A stretch of DNA of 14,799 nt, taken from Planctomycetota bacterium. Lineage in GTDB: Bacteria; Planctomycetota; UBA1135; GCA-002686595. The stretch spans positions 1-14,799 of the forward strand of contig JAJDEX010000248.1 of NCBI GenBank assembly GCA_029259575.1, in the 5' to 3' direction. The notes under the pieces were generated by a model that was not told the DNA's origin, searched no databases, and worked only from the letters and a program-made list of their open reading frames with translations. Positions 7,956 to 14,799 of the stretch are shown piece by piece. Made by a program: the position numbers and the translations under genes. Numbering within the stretch: position 1 is the stretch's first letter; each line of letters opens with the position of its first letter.

Positions 7956-9059
7956 ATGTCCAACACGTCCCTCACCCCCGACTTCGTCCGCACGCTCCCC
8001 AAGGTCAGCCTCCACGACCACCTCGATGGCAGTCTGCGCCCCATCTCCGTGCTCGAGTTGGCCAAGCAGCAGGGTTACGAGGGCCTGCCGGAGAGCGACC
8101 CCGATGCTCTGGGCGAGTGGTTCCGACGCGGCGCGAATCGGGGCAGCTTGGCGGAGTACCTCGAAGGTTTCGCCCACACGATCGCCGTGATGCAGACGAC
8201 GGAAGCGCTCGAGCGCGTCGCCTACGAGTACATCGAGGACATGCACGCCGACGGCATCGTCTACGCCGAGGTGCGCTTCGCCCCGCACTTCCACACCGAG
8301 GGCGGCCTGGGCCTCGACTCGGTCATGGATGCGGTGATCAAGGGCCTCGAGCGCGGGCGCGCCGAGTACAAGGTCGAATTCGGCGTCATCGTCTGCGCGC
8401 TGCGCAACCAGCCCGCGGAACTTTCGCTCAGCCTCGCTGAACTCGCCGTCGCCTGGTTCGGCCGCGGCGTCTGTGGCTTCGACCTCGCCGGCGAGGAAGC
8501 CGGACACCCGCCCAAGCATCACCTCGACGCGTTCCAGTACATCAAGCGCCACAACGGCTCGATCACGATCCACGCCGGCGAAGGATTCGGCCCCGAGAGC
8601 ATCTGGCAGGCGCTGCAGTTCTGCGGCACGCATCGCATCGGTCACGGCACGCGCCTGGTCGAGGACATCGCCGTCTACGAGGGCAAGGTCATCCGCCTCG
8701 GCAGCCTGGCGAGTTACGTGCTGGACCATCGCGTCCCGCTCGAGATCTGCCTCTCGTCGAACGTCCAGACGGGCGCGACGCCCTCCATGCAGGAGCACCC
8801 GTTCCCCACGTTCCTGGGCCTCGGCATGCGCGTCACGCTCAACACCGACAACCGTCTGATGAGCGGCGTGACGCTGACCGACGAGTACATGCTGGCGCAC
8901 AAGGAATTCGGTCTGGGCCTGCAAGCGATGGAGCGCGTGACCGTCAACGGCATCAACGCGGCCTTCTTCCGCTACAAGGACCGCGATCGGGTGCTCAAGG
9001 ACGTGATCCTGCCCGGCTACGCGGCCGCGCGCGAGGAACTGGGCATCGCGCCTTACTGA
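7956..9059 (+). CDS. add: Adenosine deaminase, 367 aa.
   Basis: ATG at 7956 (MSNTSLTPDFVRTLPKVSLHDHLDGSLRP), matching the ADA metal-binding H.HLDG..RP motif. Other matches: IVYAEVRFAPHFH, HAGE, and the C-terminal VTLNTDNRL (SLNTDD-like). GAGG lies 2 nt upstream, a short spacing. The 750-aa ORF in the track is a chimera with antisense gltX. Confidence 0.9.
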   Translation: MSNTSLTPDFVRTLPKVSLHDHLDGSLRPISVLELAKQQGYEGLPESDPDALGEWFRRGANRGSLAEYLEGFAHTIAVMQTTEALERVAYEYIEDMHADGIVYAEVRFAPHFHTEGGLGLDSVMDAVIKGLERGRAEYKVEFGVIVCALRNQPAELSLSLAELAVAWFGRGVCGFDLAGEEAGHPPKHHLDAFQYIKRHNGSITIHAGEGFGPESIWQALQFCGTHRIGHGTRLVEDIAVYEGKVIRLGSLASYVLDHRVPLEICLSSNVQTGATPSMQEHPFPTFLGLGMRVTLNTDNRLMSGVTLTDEYMLAHKEFGLGLQAMERVTVNGINAAFFRYKDRDRVLKDVILPGYAAAREELGIAPY

Positions 9060-9106
9060 TCGATCGGCTCTCGACGGGATCGCGCGGCCGACGTACCTTG
9101 CTCGCC

Positions 9107-10123
9107 ATGAACGAGATGCGCCTGCACGATCCCGAGGCCTTCGCCGGCCGCGTCGAGATTCGCACGATCGAGAGCTCGTTGCTCAAGGGCAACCCGCTGG
9201 GCGATCCGCACCGCCGGGACGTGCCGGTCTACGTCCCGCCCGGTGAGGCGCGCGACCTGCCCGTCGTGTTCGTGCTGACCGGCTACACGGGCCGCGGCCA
9301 GTCGCTCCTGGAATCGCATCCTTGGAAGGCGAGCGTCGCGCTGCAGTACGACCGTTTGGTCGCCACCGACAAGGCACCGCCGGTGCTGCTCGTGTTCCCC
9401 GATTGCTTCACGCGTTTGGGCGGCAGCCAGTACGTGAACAGCTCGGCGGTCGGTCTCTACGAGGACCACGTCGTGGAAGAACTCGTCCCGTTCGTCGATG
9501 CGCACTGGTCGACGCAATCCGGAGGCCGCGGCGTCTGCGGCAAGAGCTCCGGCGGCTTCGGCGCCCTGCACCTCGGCATGCATCACCCGGACACGTTTCA
9601 CGCCGTCGCGTCGATCAGCGGCGACTGCGCGTTCGAACACGGCTATGCGCACGACTTCCTGCCGGCCTGTCGCGGCCTGCTCGAGCACGGCGGCGACCCC
9701 CAGGCGTTCCTGACCAAGTTCGAGACCGATCACAAGCTGAAGGGCGACGGCCACGCGGTGATCTCGCTGCTGGCGATGGCGGCGTGCTACTCGCCGAACC
9801 CGATCGCGCCGTTGGGCTTCGACCTGCCGGTGAACCTCGAGACCGGGGAACGCATCAAGGACGTGTGGGACCGTTGGCTGCGCTTCGACCCGGTCGTCGC
9901 GGCGGCGGCGCACGTCGATGCGTTGAAGAGCCTGAAACTGCTGCACCTCGAAGCCGGCAAGCGTGACGAATTCCACCTGCAATTCGGCCTGCGGATCCTG
10001 GTGCGCAAGCTGAAGGAGCTGGGCGTCCCCCACGACCACGAGGAGTTCGAGGGCGGCCATTTCGACATCAACCACCGCTATCTCGGGGTCATCCCCAAGC
10101 TGGTGGCAGCCCTCCGGGGCTGA
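9107..10123 (+). CDS. Alpha/beta-hydrolase esterase (putative esterase / esterase-D-like family), ~338 aa.
   Basis: GxSxG nucleophile elbow GKSSGGFGAL, PVVFVLTGYTGRG, and the C-terminal HDHEEFEGGHFDINHRY (His of the triad). Start is ambiguous: TTG 9098, ATG 9107 or ATG 9116. There is no clear SD. Confidence 0.7.
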   Translation: MNEMRLHDPEAFAGRVEIRTIESSLLKGNPLGDPHRRDVPVYVPPGEARDLPVVFVLTGYTGRGQSLLESHPWKASVALQYDRLVATDKAPPVLLVFPDCFTRLGGSQYVNSSAVGLYEDHVVEELVPFVDAHWSTQSGGRGVCGKSSGGFGALHLGMHHPDTFHAVASISGDCAFEHGYAHDFLPACRGLLEHGGDPQAFLTKFETDHKLKGDGHAVISLLAMAACYSPNPIAPLGFDLPVNLETGERIKDVWDRWLRFDPVVAAAAHVDALKSLKLLHLEAGKRDEFHLQFGLRILVRKLKELGVPHDHEEFEGGHFDINHRYLGVIPKLVAALRG

Positions 10124-10301
10124 TCCCGTCGGTTCCATCGCCCCCGTGGGCGAAAACGCCGCAAGAACCGACCGCAGGATCTCCGGAAGGGATGAATAGC
10201 CCCGGGTCGAATCGGTAGCTTAGGCACCGTCGCTCGAACCCTGTCACCCTCGACCCCCCGAGGTGGCTGCCCCCGACCCGCGAGCGTCCGGAGACTGACC
10301 T

Positions 10302-10865
10302 ATGGGATTCCTGCCTGACGAGTGGACGCTGAGAACGACCTATATGGTCCTAGGTGCCGCCGGCGGTGCCATCTTGAGCATCCAGATGGTCCTGATGCTG
10401 ATCGGCGTCGACGGCGAAGGTGACTTCGATGCTGATGGCGACTTCGATCCGGGTAGCGACGGGATGGGACTGCTCTCCATCCGCGGCGTCGCCAGCTTCC
10501 TGACCTTCTTCGGCCTCGTCGGATGGTACGGACTCGAGAACGGCTGGTCGGCGGCCAAGTCGTCGATGGTCGGCCTGGCCGCCGGCTCCGCGATGATGCT
10601 GTTGGTCGCGTTCATCATGACGCAGTACCGCAAGCTCGCGTCCGAAGGCAACCTCGACCCGGGCAACGCCGTCGGTACGACGGCCTCGGTCTACCTGAAG
10701 ATCCCGGGCAACAACTCGGGTCGCGGGAAGATCACCGTGTCCATCCAGGACCGGACGCACGAATATCAAGCCACCACCAAAGGTCCGGAGATCCAGACGG
10801 GCTCCGAGGTTCGCGTGGTGCGCATGATCACCGAGAACACGTTCGAGGTGGAGGCGATCTCGTAG
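10302..10865 (+). CDS. nfeD: NfeD-family short membrane protein (YuaF/YqiJ-like): 3 TM helices plus a C-terminal OB-fold beta-barrel. It is the usual partner encoded upstream of flotillin.
   Basis: ATG at 10302 with GGAGA at a 7-nt spacing. TMs: YMVLGAAGGAILSIQMVLMLIGV, LLSIRGVASFLTFFGLVGWYGL, MVGLAAGSAMMLLVAFIMTQY. C-terminal OB-fold signature: GTTASVYLKIPGNNSGRGKITVSIQDRTHEYQATTKGPEIQTGSEVRVVRMITENTFEVEAI. It lies immediately upstream of an SPFH/flotillin gene. Confidence 0.8.
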   Translation: MGFLPDEWTLRTTYMVLGAAGGAILSIQMVLMLIGVDGEGDFDADGDFDPGSDGMGLLSIRGVASFLTFFGLVGWYGLENGWSAAKSSMVGLAAGSAMMLLVAFIMTQYRKLASEGNLDPGNAVGTTASVYLKIPGNNSGRGKITVSIQDRTHEYQATTKGPEIQTGSEVRVVRMITENTFEVEAIS

Positions 10866-10943
10866 CCGACCGGCTGCGACACGACCCTCTGCCCTGCTCC
10901 ACTCCCTTTCGCACTGGATCCAGATCCGACGGCAACTCCTTCG

Positions 10944-11027
10944 ATGCCGCCCATCCTGATCCTCGTATCCATCATCTTGGTTCTGGCAGGTTTCCTGCTG
11001 ATCCTCGCTAGGCGCACGAAGCGCTGA
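10944..11027 (+). CDS. Candidate 27-aa single-TM mini-protein (MPPILILVSIILVLAGFLLILARRTKR), paralogous to the flotillin N-terminal membrane anchor.
   Basis: ATG 10944 to TGA 11025-11027 in the nfeD-floT spacer. 15 of 19 aligned residues are identical to the FloT N-terminus (AIVLVLAGFMLILARRYKR), while the nucleotide sequence differs mostly at synonymous positions. No SD is present, and it is in the same frame as the nfeD TAG stop 26 codons upstream. It is too short for statistical gene calling. Confidence 0.4.
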   Translation: MPPILILVSIILVLAGFLLILARRTKR

Positions 11028-11050
11028 CATCGACCTCTAGGAGGCTCCAC

Positions 11051-12679
11051 TTGCTACAGACAATGCTCCCTCTCGCCGTGATTCAAGACGGCATCATGGA
11101 CGGGGACGCCGCGATGGTCTTCATCGTCCTCGCCATCGTTCTGGTCCTTGCGGGCTTCATGCTCATCCTGGCGCGTCGCTACAAGCGCTGCCCCTCGAAC
11201 AAGATCCTGGTCGTCTACGGACGTACCGCGAAAGGTCAGTCCGCGAAGCCCATCCACGGTGGTGGCACGTTCGTCTGGCCGCTGATCCAGAACTTCGACT
11301 ACCTCGCGCTGGATCCGATGCAGATCGAGATCCCGCTCGAGGGCGCGCTGTCCCTCGAGAACATTCGAGTCAGCGTTCCGTCGGCGTTCACCGTCGCGGT
11401 CGGCACCGAGAAGGAGGTCATGACCAACGCGGCCGTGCGTCTCTTGTCGCTGTCGCGCGGCGAGATCATCAAGCAGGCCGAGGACATCATCTTCGGTCAG
11501 TTGCGCCAGGTCATCGCCTCGATGCGGATCGAGGAGATCAACCGGGATCGCGACGTGTTCCTCAGCCGGGTCCAGAGCTCGCTCGAGCCCGAACTGGCGA
11601 AGATCGGCCTCGTGCTGATCAACGTGAACATCAAGGACATCACGGACGAGTCGGGTTACCTCGAGGCCATCGGTCGCAAGGCGGCCTCCGAGGCCATCAA
11701 CCAGGCCGAGATCGACGTGGCGCAGCAGAACCAGCGCGGCGCCATCGGTGTCTCCGAGGCCGAGAAGGAGCGCGCGATCCAGGTCGCCGAGCGCGAGAAG
11801 ACGCGAGACATCGGCACCAAGACCGCCGAGCGCGAGCGCGCCGTCCGCTTGGCCGAACTCGACAAGGAACGCGTCATCGGCGAGCAGACGTCGCAGTTCG
11901 AACAGGAGTCCCAGGTCCGTGACTCCGAACGCGAGATGCGGATCCGGGTCTCCGAGGCGAACGCCAAGGCCGTCACGGGTGAGAACGAGGCCAAGGCCAT
12001 CGTCGCCGCCACGAACGCCGACCTGAAGGTCCAGGAAGCCGACGCGTTCCAGCGTGGTGAGACGCGCCGTCGCGAGGCCGATGCCGCCGTCCGCGAAGCC
12101 CAGTACTTGGCCGAAGCCAAGGCGGCCGAGGCCGAGGGCAAGAAGAACGAGGCGCAGAAGCGCGCCGAGCTCGAGGCGTCCGCCAAGGCCGAGAAGGCCC
12201 AGACGATCGTCGACGCACAGGCGCAAGCCGAGAAAGCGCGCATCCTCGCCGAAGGTGAGGCGGCCGCATTGTTCGCCAAGCTCGAGGCTGAGGCGAAGGG
12301 TCAGTACGAGATCCTCGCCAAGAAGGGTATGGGTCTCAAGGAGATCGTCAACAGCTGTGGCGGCGCCGACAAGGCCTTCCAGATGTTGATGCTCGAGCAC
12401 ATCGACCACATCAGCGAAGTCGCCGCCAAGGCGATCAGCAACATCAAGTTCGACAAGGTCGTCGTCTGGGACGGGGGCAACTCTGGTTCCGGTGGCGGCG
12501 GCAAGTCGGGCACGGCCGGATTCCTCAGCAGCCTGGCGGGTTCGCTCCCGCCCGCGATGCAGATGATGAAGGACATCGGCGGCGTCGAGATGCCGGAGTT
12601 CTTCGGCAAGATGGTCTCGGACGCGAAGAAGGCCGAGGTCGTCGAGACCGAACAGGTCGAGGACGCGGCCTCCGAGTAG
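11051..12679 (+). CDS. floT: Flotillin-family SPFH/band-7 membrane scaffold protein (FloT/YuaG/YqiK-like), 542 aa.
   Basis: TTG at 11051 with AGGAGG (11039-11044) at a 6-nt spacing; the alternative ATG is at 11063. N-terminal TM anchor VFIVLAIVLVLAGFMLILARRYKR. The SPFH domain has the form KIL.VYGRT...PLIQNFDYLALDPMQIEIPLEGALS...VAVGTEK. It is followed by the long EA-rich coiled-coil flotillin region (AEREK, KAEAE repeats) and a Gly-rich C-terminal tail. The 606-aa antisense ORF over the same span is rejected. Confidence 0.9.
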   Translation: MLQTMLPLAVIQDGIMDGDAAMVFIVLAIVLVLAGFMLILARRYKRCPSNKILVVYGRTAKGQSAKPIHGGGTFVWPLIQNFDYLALDPMQIEIPLEGALSLENIRVSVPSAFTVAVGTEKEVMTNAAVRLLSLSRGEIIKQAEDIIFGQLRQVIASMRIEEINRDRDVFLSRVQSSLEPELAKIGLVLINVNIKDITDESGYLEAIGRKAASEAINQAEIDVAQQNQRGAIGVSEAEKERAIQVAEREKTRDIGTKTAERERAVRLAELDKERVIGEQTSQFEQESQVRDSEREMRIRVSEANAKAVTGENEAKAIVAATNADLKVQEADAFQRGETRRREADAAVREAQYLAEAKAAEAEGKKNEAQKRAELEASAKAEKAQTIVDAQAQAEKARILAEGEAAALFAKLEAEAKGQYEILAKKGMGLKEIVNSCGGADKAFQMLMLEHIDHISEVAAKAISNIKFDKVVVWDGGNSGSGGGGKSGTAGFLSSLAGSLPPAMQMMKDIGGVEMPEFFGKMVSDAKKAEVVETEQVEDAASE

Positions 12680-12699
12680 ACCTCGAGTGTTCCATGCGA

Positions 12700-12744
12700 A
12701 CCGCCGGGTCCCCCACGACGTGGGAGGCCCGGCGGTTTCGTATT
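12700..12744 (+). terminator. Putative intrinsic terminator of the nfeD-floT transcript.
   Basis: Located 21 nt after the floT TAG. GC-rich hairpin accgccgggtccccca / cgacg loop / tgggaggcccggcggt: a 16-bp stem with 1 mismatch and 1 G-U pair, followed by TTCGTATT. Confidence 0.5.
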
Positions 12745-12823
12745 CCGATGGTTGGCGGTACGGAGACGTGCGAACGAACCTGCGGGCCAAGACCGAACGG
12801 CCTCGCAGGTAGGGGGAGCCGCC

Positions 12824-12905
12824 CGACTTCAACCCGATCTCATCCGGCGGACCGATGGCGGCGTTCACCACCATTGGCCCGCCGGATGAGATCGGGTTGA
12901 AGTCG
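12824..12905. repeat. Large perfect inverted repeat: 27-bp arms (CGACTTCAACCCGATCTCATCCGGCGG ... CCGCCGGATGAGATCGGGTTGAAGTCG) separated by a 28-nt spacer that is itself partly self-complementary.
   Basis: Read directly: arm 1 at 12824-12850 and arm 2 at 12879-12905 are exact reverse complements. Imperfect complementarity continues ~9 bp further outward (ggagccgcc / cgtggctcc). The repeat creates the IGPPDEIGLKS peptide mirrored in two opposite-strand ORFs of the track. It lies in a 370-bp non-coding gap downstream of the floT terminator. Confidence 0.8.
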
Positions 12906-13049
12906 CGTGGCTCCGGATACCCGGGAAACTTGGGAATCGATGTCGGAGGTGGTGCATGGGCTGCACGTCAGTGGATGAGCCGGGCAGGATTTCGCGACAC
13001 GGTTCGCGATCGGCCAGGCCGCCATTCCACCACCTCACTCCCGAAACCC

Positions 13050-13445
13050 ATGTTCCCCATCTTCACGCTCATCGGCGGCCTGATCGCCGCCTCGCCCCTG
13101 ATCCTCGCACGCAAGCCAGGCGCCAAGGTGATCTTCGACAAGATCGCCCCCTACCAAGCGATCGTCGGCGCCGCGCTGTTCACGCTCGGCATCGTCTGGC
13201 TCGTGCGTTGGTTGCCCTTCGCGGGCAGCGCGTTCAGCTCGGTTCGCCTGATGCTGATCCCCGCCATGATCCTGGCGAACCTGGCCGTCGGCTTCGTGCT
13301 GGGTTTCGGCCTGATTCGCCGTGTCCTGGTCAAGAACGCAGCCTCCGCAGCGAAGGGTGACGCGCTCTTCGGCAAGCTGCAACGCGTTCAGGCACAGCTC
13401 GGCATCGCCACGGCCGGACTGGGTGCGATCTCCTTCGTGATCTGA
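13050..13445 (+). CDS. Small hypothetical integral membrane protein (~131 aa, about 4 TM helices) downstream of the flotillin locus.
   Basis: ATG at 13050 (MFPIFTLIGGLIAASPLIL...), with an alternative ATG at 12975. Four hydrophobic segments: IFTLIGGLIAASPLIL, AIVGAALFTLGIVWLV, LMLIPAMILANLAVGFVLGFGLI, LGIATAGLGAISFVI. Third-position GC is coding-like and the gene ends at a strong terminator. I recognise no family, and the 12855 start in the track would run through the inverted repeat. Confidence 0.5.
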   Translation: MFPIFTLIGGLIAASPLILARKPGAKVIFDKIAPYQAIVGAALFTLGIVWLVRWLPFAGSAFSSVRLMLIPAMILANLAVGFVLGFGLIRRVLVKNAASAAKGDALFGKLQRVQAQLGIATAGLGAISFVI

Positions 13446-13465
13446 TCGGTCCGCTGAAACACAAG

Positions 13466-13509
13466 AACCCCGCAGGGCCTCGGACGAGGTGCTGCGGGGC
13501 TTCTTCGTG
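13466..13509. terminator. Bidirectional intrinsic terminator between convergent genes (the membrane protein on plus, the kinase on minus).
   Basis: Hairpin ccccgcag-gg-cctcg-ga-cgagg-tg-ctgcgggg (8-bp outer stem plus 5-bp inner stem), followed by CTTCTTCGTG on the plus strand. On the minus strand it is followed by TTCTTGTGTTTCAG. It starts 21 nt after the membrane-protein TGA and 19 nt before the kinase stop at 13528. Confidence 0.6.
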
Positions 13510-13527
13510 CCTGTGGTCCAAGTCCCG

Positions 13528-14799
13528 CTAGTCGGATTCCGAGGACTCGGCGGCGCGCGCACGGTCGAGCATGCCGTCGATCACGCCCAAATTGGGATGC
13601 TCCGGACCTAACAACTGCTCGAAGCGGCTCCGACTCCGTTCGAGGGCGTCGATCGCGGTCCGATACTCCCCGAGGTGGATCCGCGTCTCCCCCAGGTGCG
13701 CGAGCGACTTGGCCGACATCCTCTCGTTGCCCACCGCCTCGAACGTCGTGAGGGCGGCCTCGAATTCGTCGCGAGCCTCCTTGTACCGGCTCAGCCCGTA
13801 CAGGCACTGGCCACGCAAGTAGCGGCCGAGCGCCACGTCCCCGTGCCCCGTGCCGAAGTTCCAGCGGTCGATCTCGAGTGCCGCGTCGGTCACCTCGAGG
13901 GCCTCGGCGAACTGCCCAGCCTCGAACAGGAGCCGGGACTCGATCGTCAGGAAACCGCTCAACACACCATCGTGTTCGAGGTTGCGTCCGCGGGCCTCTT
14001 CGGCCCCCGAGCGGATGAGCGTCAACCGCTCCCCCAAGGTCCTCCCCATCATCGGCGACAGCGCCCAGGCCTGGATCGCCTCGAGTCGAAGCGCGTCACC
14101 CGGCGGCAAGTGCTCGCGCACGAAAGTGTGGGCCTCGGTGAGGTCGCGCACGTGCTCTTCGACGTTGCCGAGCTGCATGTGAATGGCGAGCCGAGTGTTC
14201 AGCAATCGCGCGCGGATGCGTTCGCCCCCGGTCACGTTGGCCGGCAGCTCGGCGAGCCCTCGATCGGCCCAGATCAGGGCCTCGTCGAGCTCGAAGACAC
14301 GCGTGAGTACGGTCGCGATCTCGGCGATCACTTCGACCCGGAAGATGCGGTTCTCCGGCAGGTCGCCGAGCTGTTCGAGGATCAGGTGCAGCTCTTGCAG
14401 CGCCCTCTCGTGGCGCTCGTCCGCAGCCATCTCGCGTGCACGGTTCAACGTCCCTGCGAGGGTCGTGAGCAGTTCGGCCTCCCGCTCCTCGACGGCGAGG
14501 TCCAGACGTTCGGCCTTCTCGATCGTCGAGAGGAGCTCCGATTCTCGTTCCTCGACGACACGATCGGAACGCAAGGCCCAGGCCCCTGCGCCGAGACTCA
14601 AGACGAGCGCCATCAGCGCCGCGGCCTGCCAGGGATTGCGCCTGCCGCGACGCACCATCCGCCCGACGAGCCCCGTGCGGCGCGCCAGGATCGGGAAGCC
14701 CGCCAGGTGTCGCTCCAGGTCCTCGGCCAATGCGGTCGCACTCTCGTAACGCTCGGCCGGCCGCTTGGCCATGCAGGTCGCGACGATCGTATCCAGGTC
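13528..14799 (-). CDS. Ser/Thr protein kinase, partial (the C-terminal part is in the window): end of the kinase domain, one TM helix, and an extracytoplasmic TPR-repeat domain. The 5' part lies beyond the window end.
   Basis: Translation of the last window bases continues the frame (..LDTIVATCMAKRPAERYESATALAEDLERHL), the typical end of a Hanks-type kinase catalytic domain. Then comes a juxtamembrane R-rich stretch and the TM helix WQAAALMALVLSLGAGAWAL. The long helical repeat region has TPR-like periodicity (LGRYLRGQCLYGLSRYKEARDEFEAAL, LAHLGETRIHLGEYRTAIDALERS). Confidence 0.7.
   Translation of the reverse strand, partial: DLDTIVATCMAKRPAERYESATALAEDLERHLAGFPILARRTGLVGRMVRRGRRNPWQAAALMALVLSLGAGAWALRSDRVVEERESELLSTIEKAERLDLAVEEREAELLTTLAGTLNRAREMAADERHERALQELHLILEQLGDLPENRIFRVEVIAEIATVLTRVFELDEALIWADRGLAELPANVTGGERIRARLLNTRLAIHMQLGNVEEHVRDLTEAHTFVREHLPPGDALRLEAIQAWALSPMMGRTLGERLTLIRSGAEEARGRNLEHDGVLSGFLTIESRLLFEAGQFAEALEVTDAALEIDRWNFGTGHGDVALGRYLRGQCLYGLSRYKEARDEFEAALTTFEAVGNERMSAKSLAHLGETRIHLGEYRTAIDALERSRSRFEQLLGPEHPNLGVIDGMLDRARAAESSESD

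Noticed and set aside
6807-9059. 750-aa ORF annotated as one protein
   Set aside because: It is a chimera. Only the last 367 aa (from ATG 7956) are adenosine deaminase. The N-terminal 380 aa are the antisense frame of gltX and intergenic DNA.
10200-10235. tRNA-like T-loop motif GGGTCGAATCGG in the esterase-nfeD intergenic region
   Set aside because: The flanking bases cannot form a T-stem, and no acceptor or anticodon arms can be built on either strand. It is probably a chance match.
11054-12874. 606-aa ORF antisense to floT
   Set aside because: It completely overlaps the well-supported flotillin CDS on the opposite strand. Long antisense ORFs are expected at ~70% GC because stop codons are rare. 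Its product is a low-complexity D/L/G/R-rich sequence with no domain signature.

Overview
This is a high-GC (~70%) bacterial chromosomal segment, densely coding, with many spurious antisense ORFs in the six-frame track, as expected at this GC content. No rRNA, tRNA, CRISPR array or transposase is recognisable. Gene content (Ser/Thr kinase with TPR tail, carboxypeptidase-regulatory-like repeat protein, NHL propeller, zf-HC2 anti-sigma) suggests a Myxococcota/Acidobacteriota/Gemmatimonadota-like organism, but I cannot place it from sequence alone.

Layout:
- Positions 163-6218, minus strand: a tightly packed six-gene cluster with start/stop codons abutting or overlapping. In transcription order: zf-HC2 membrane anti-sigma factor, metallophosphoesterase, NHL beta-propeller, ~798-aa signal-anchored protein built of tandem carboxypeptidase-regulatory-like beta-sandwich domains, ChrR-type cupin, cysteine dioxygenase. 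No ECF sigma gene is present next to the anti-sigma.
- Positions 6348-10123: housekeeping genes. gltX (minus) and add (plus) are divergent, and add is followed by an esterase-family alpha/beta hydrolase.
- Positions 10302-13445, plus strand: an NfeD - flotillin (SPFH) membrane-scaffold locus. Its ~185-bp nfeD-floT spacer carries a 27-codon ORF whose product closely copies the flotillin N-terminal membrane anchor. Downstream there is an intrinsic terminator, a large perfect 27-bp inverted repeat, a small 4-TM membrane protein and a bidirectional terminator.
- Positions 13528 to the window end, minus strand: the C-terminal part of a convergent Ser/Thr protein kinase with a TM segment and TPR tail, running off the window.

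The two things most worth follow-up are the anchor-mimic mini-ORF within the flotillin locus and the sigma-less anti-sigma / ChrR-cupin / CDO / beta-sandwich operon.
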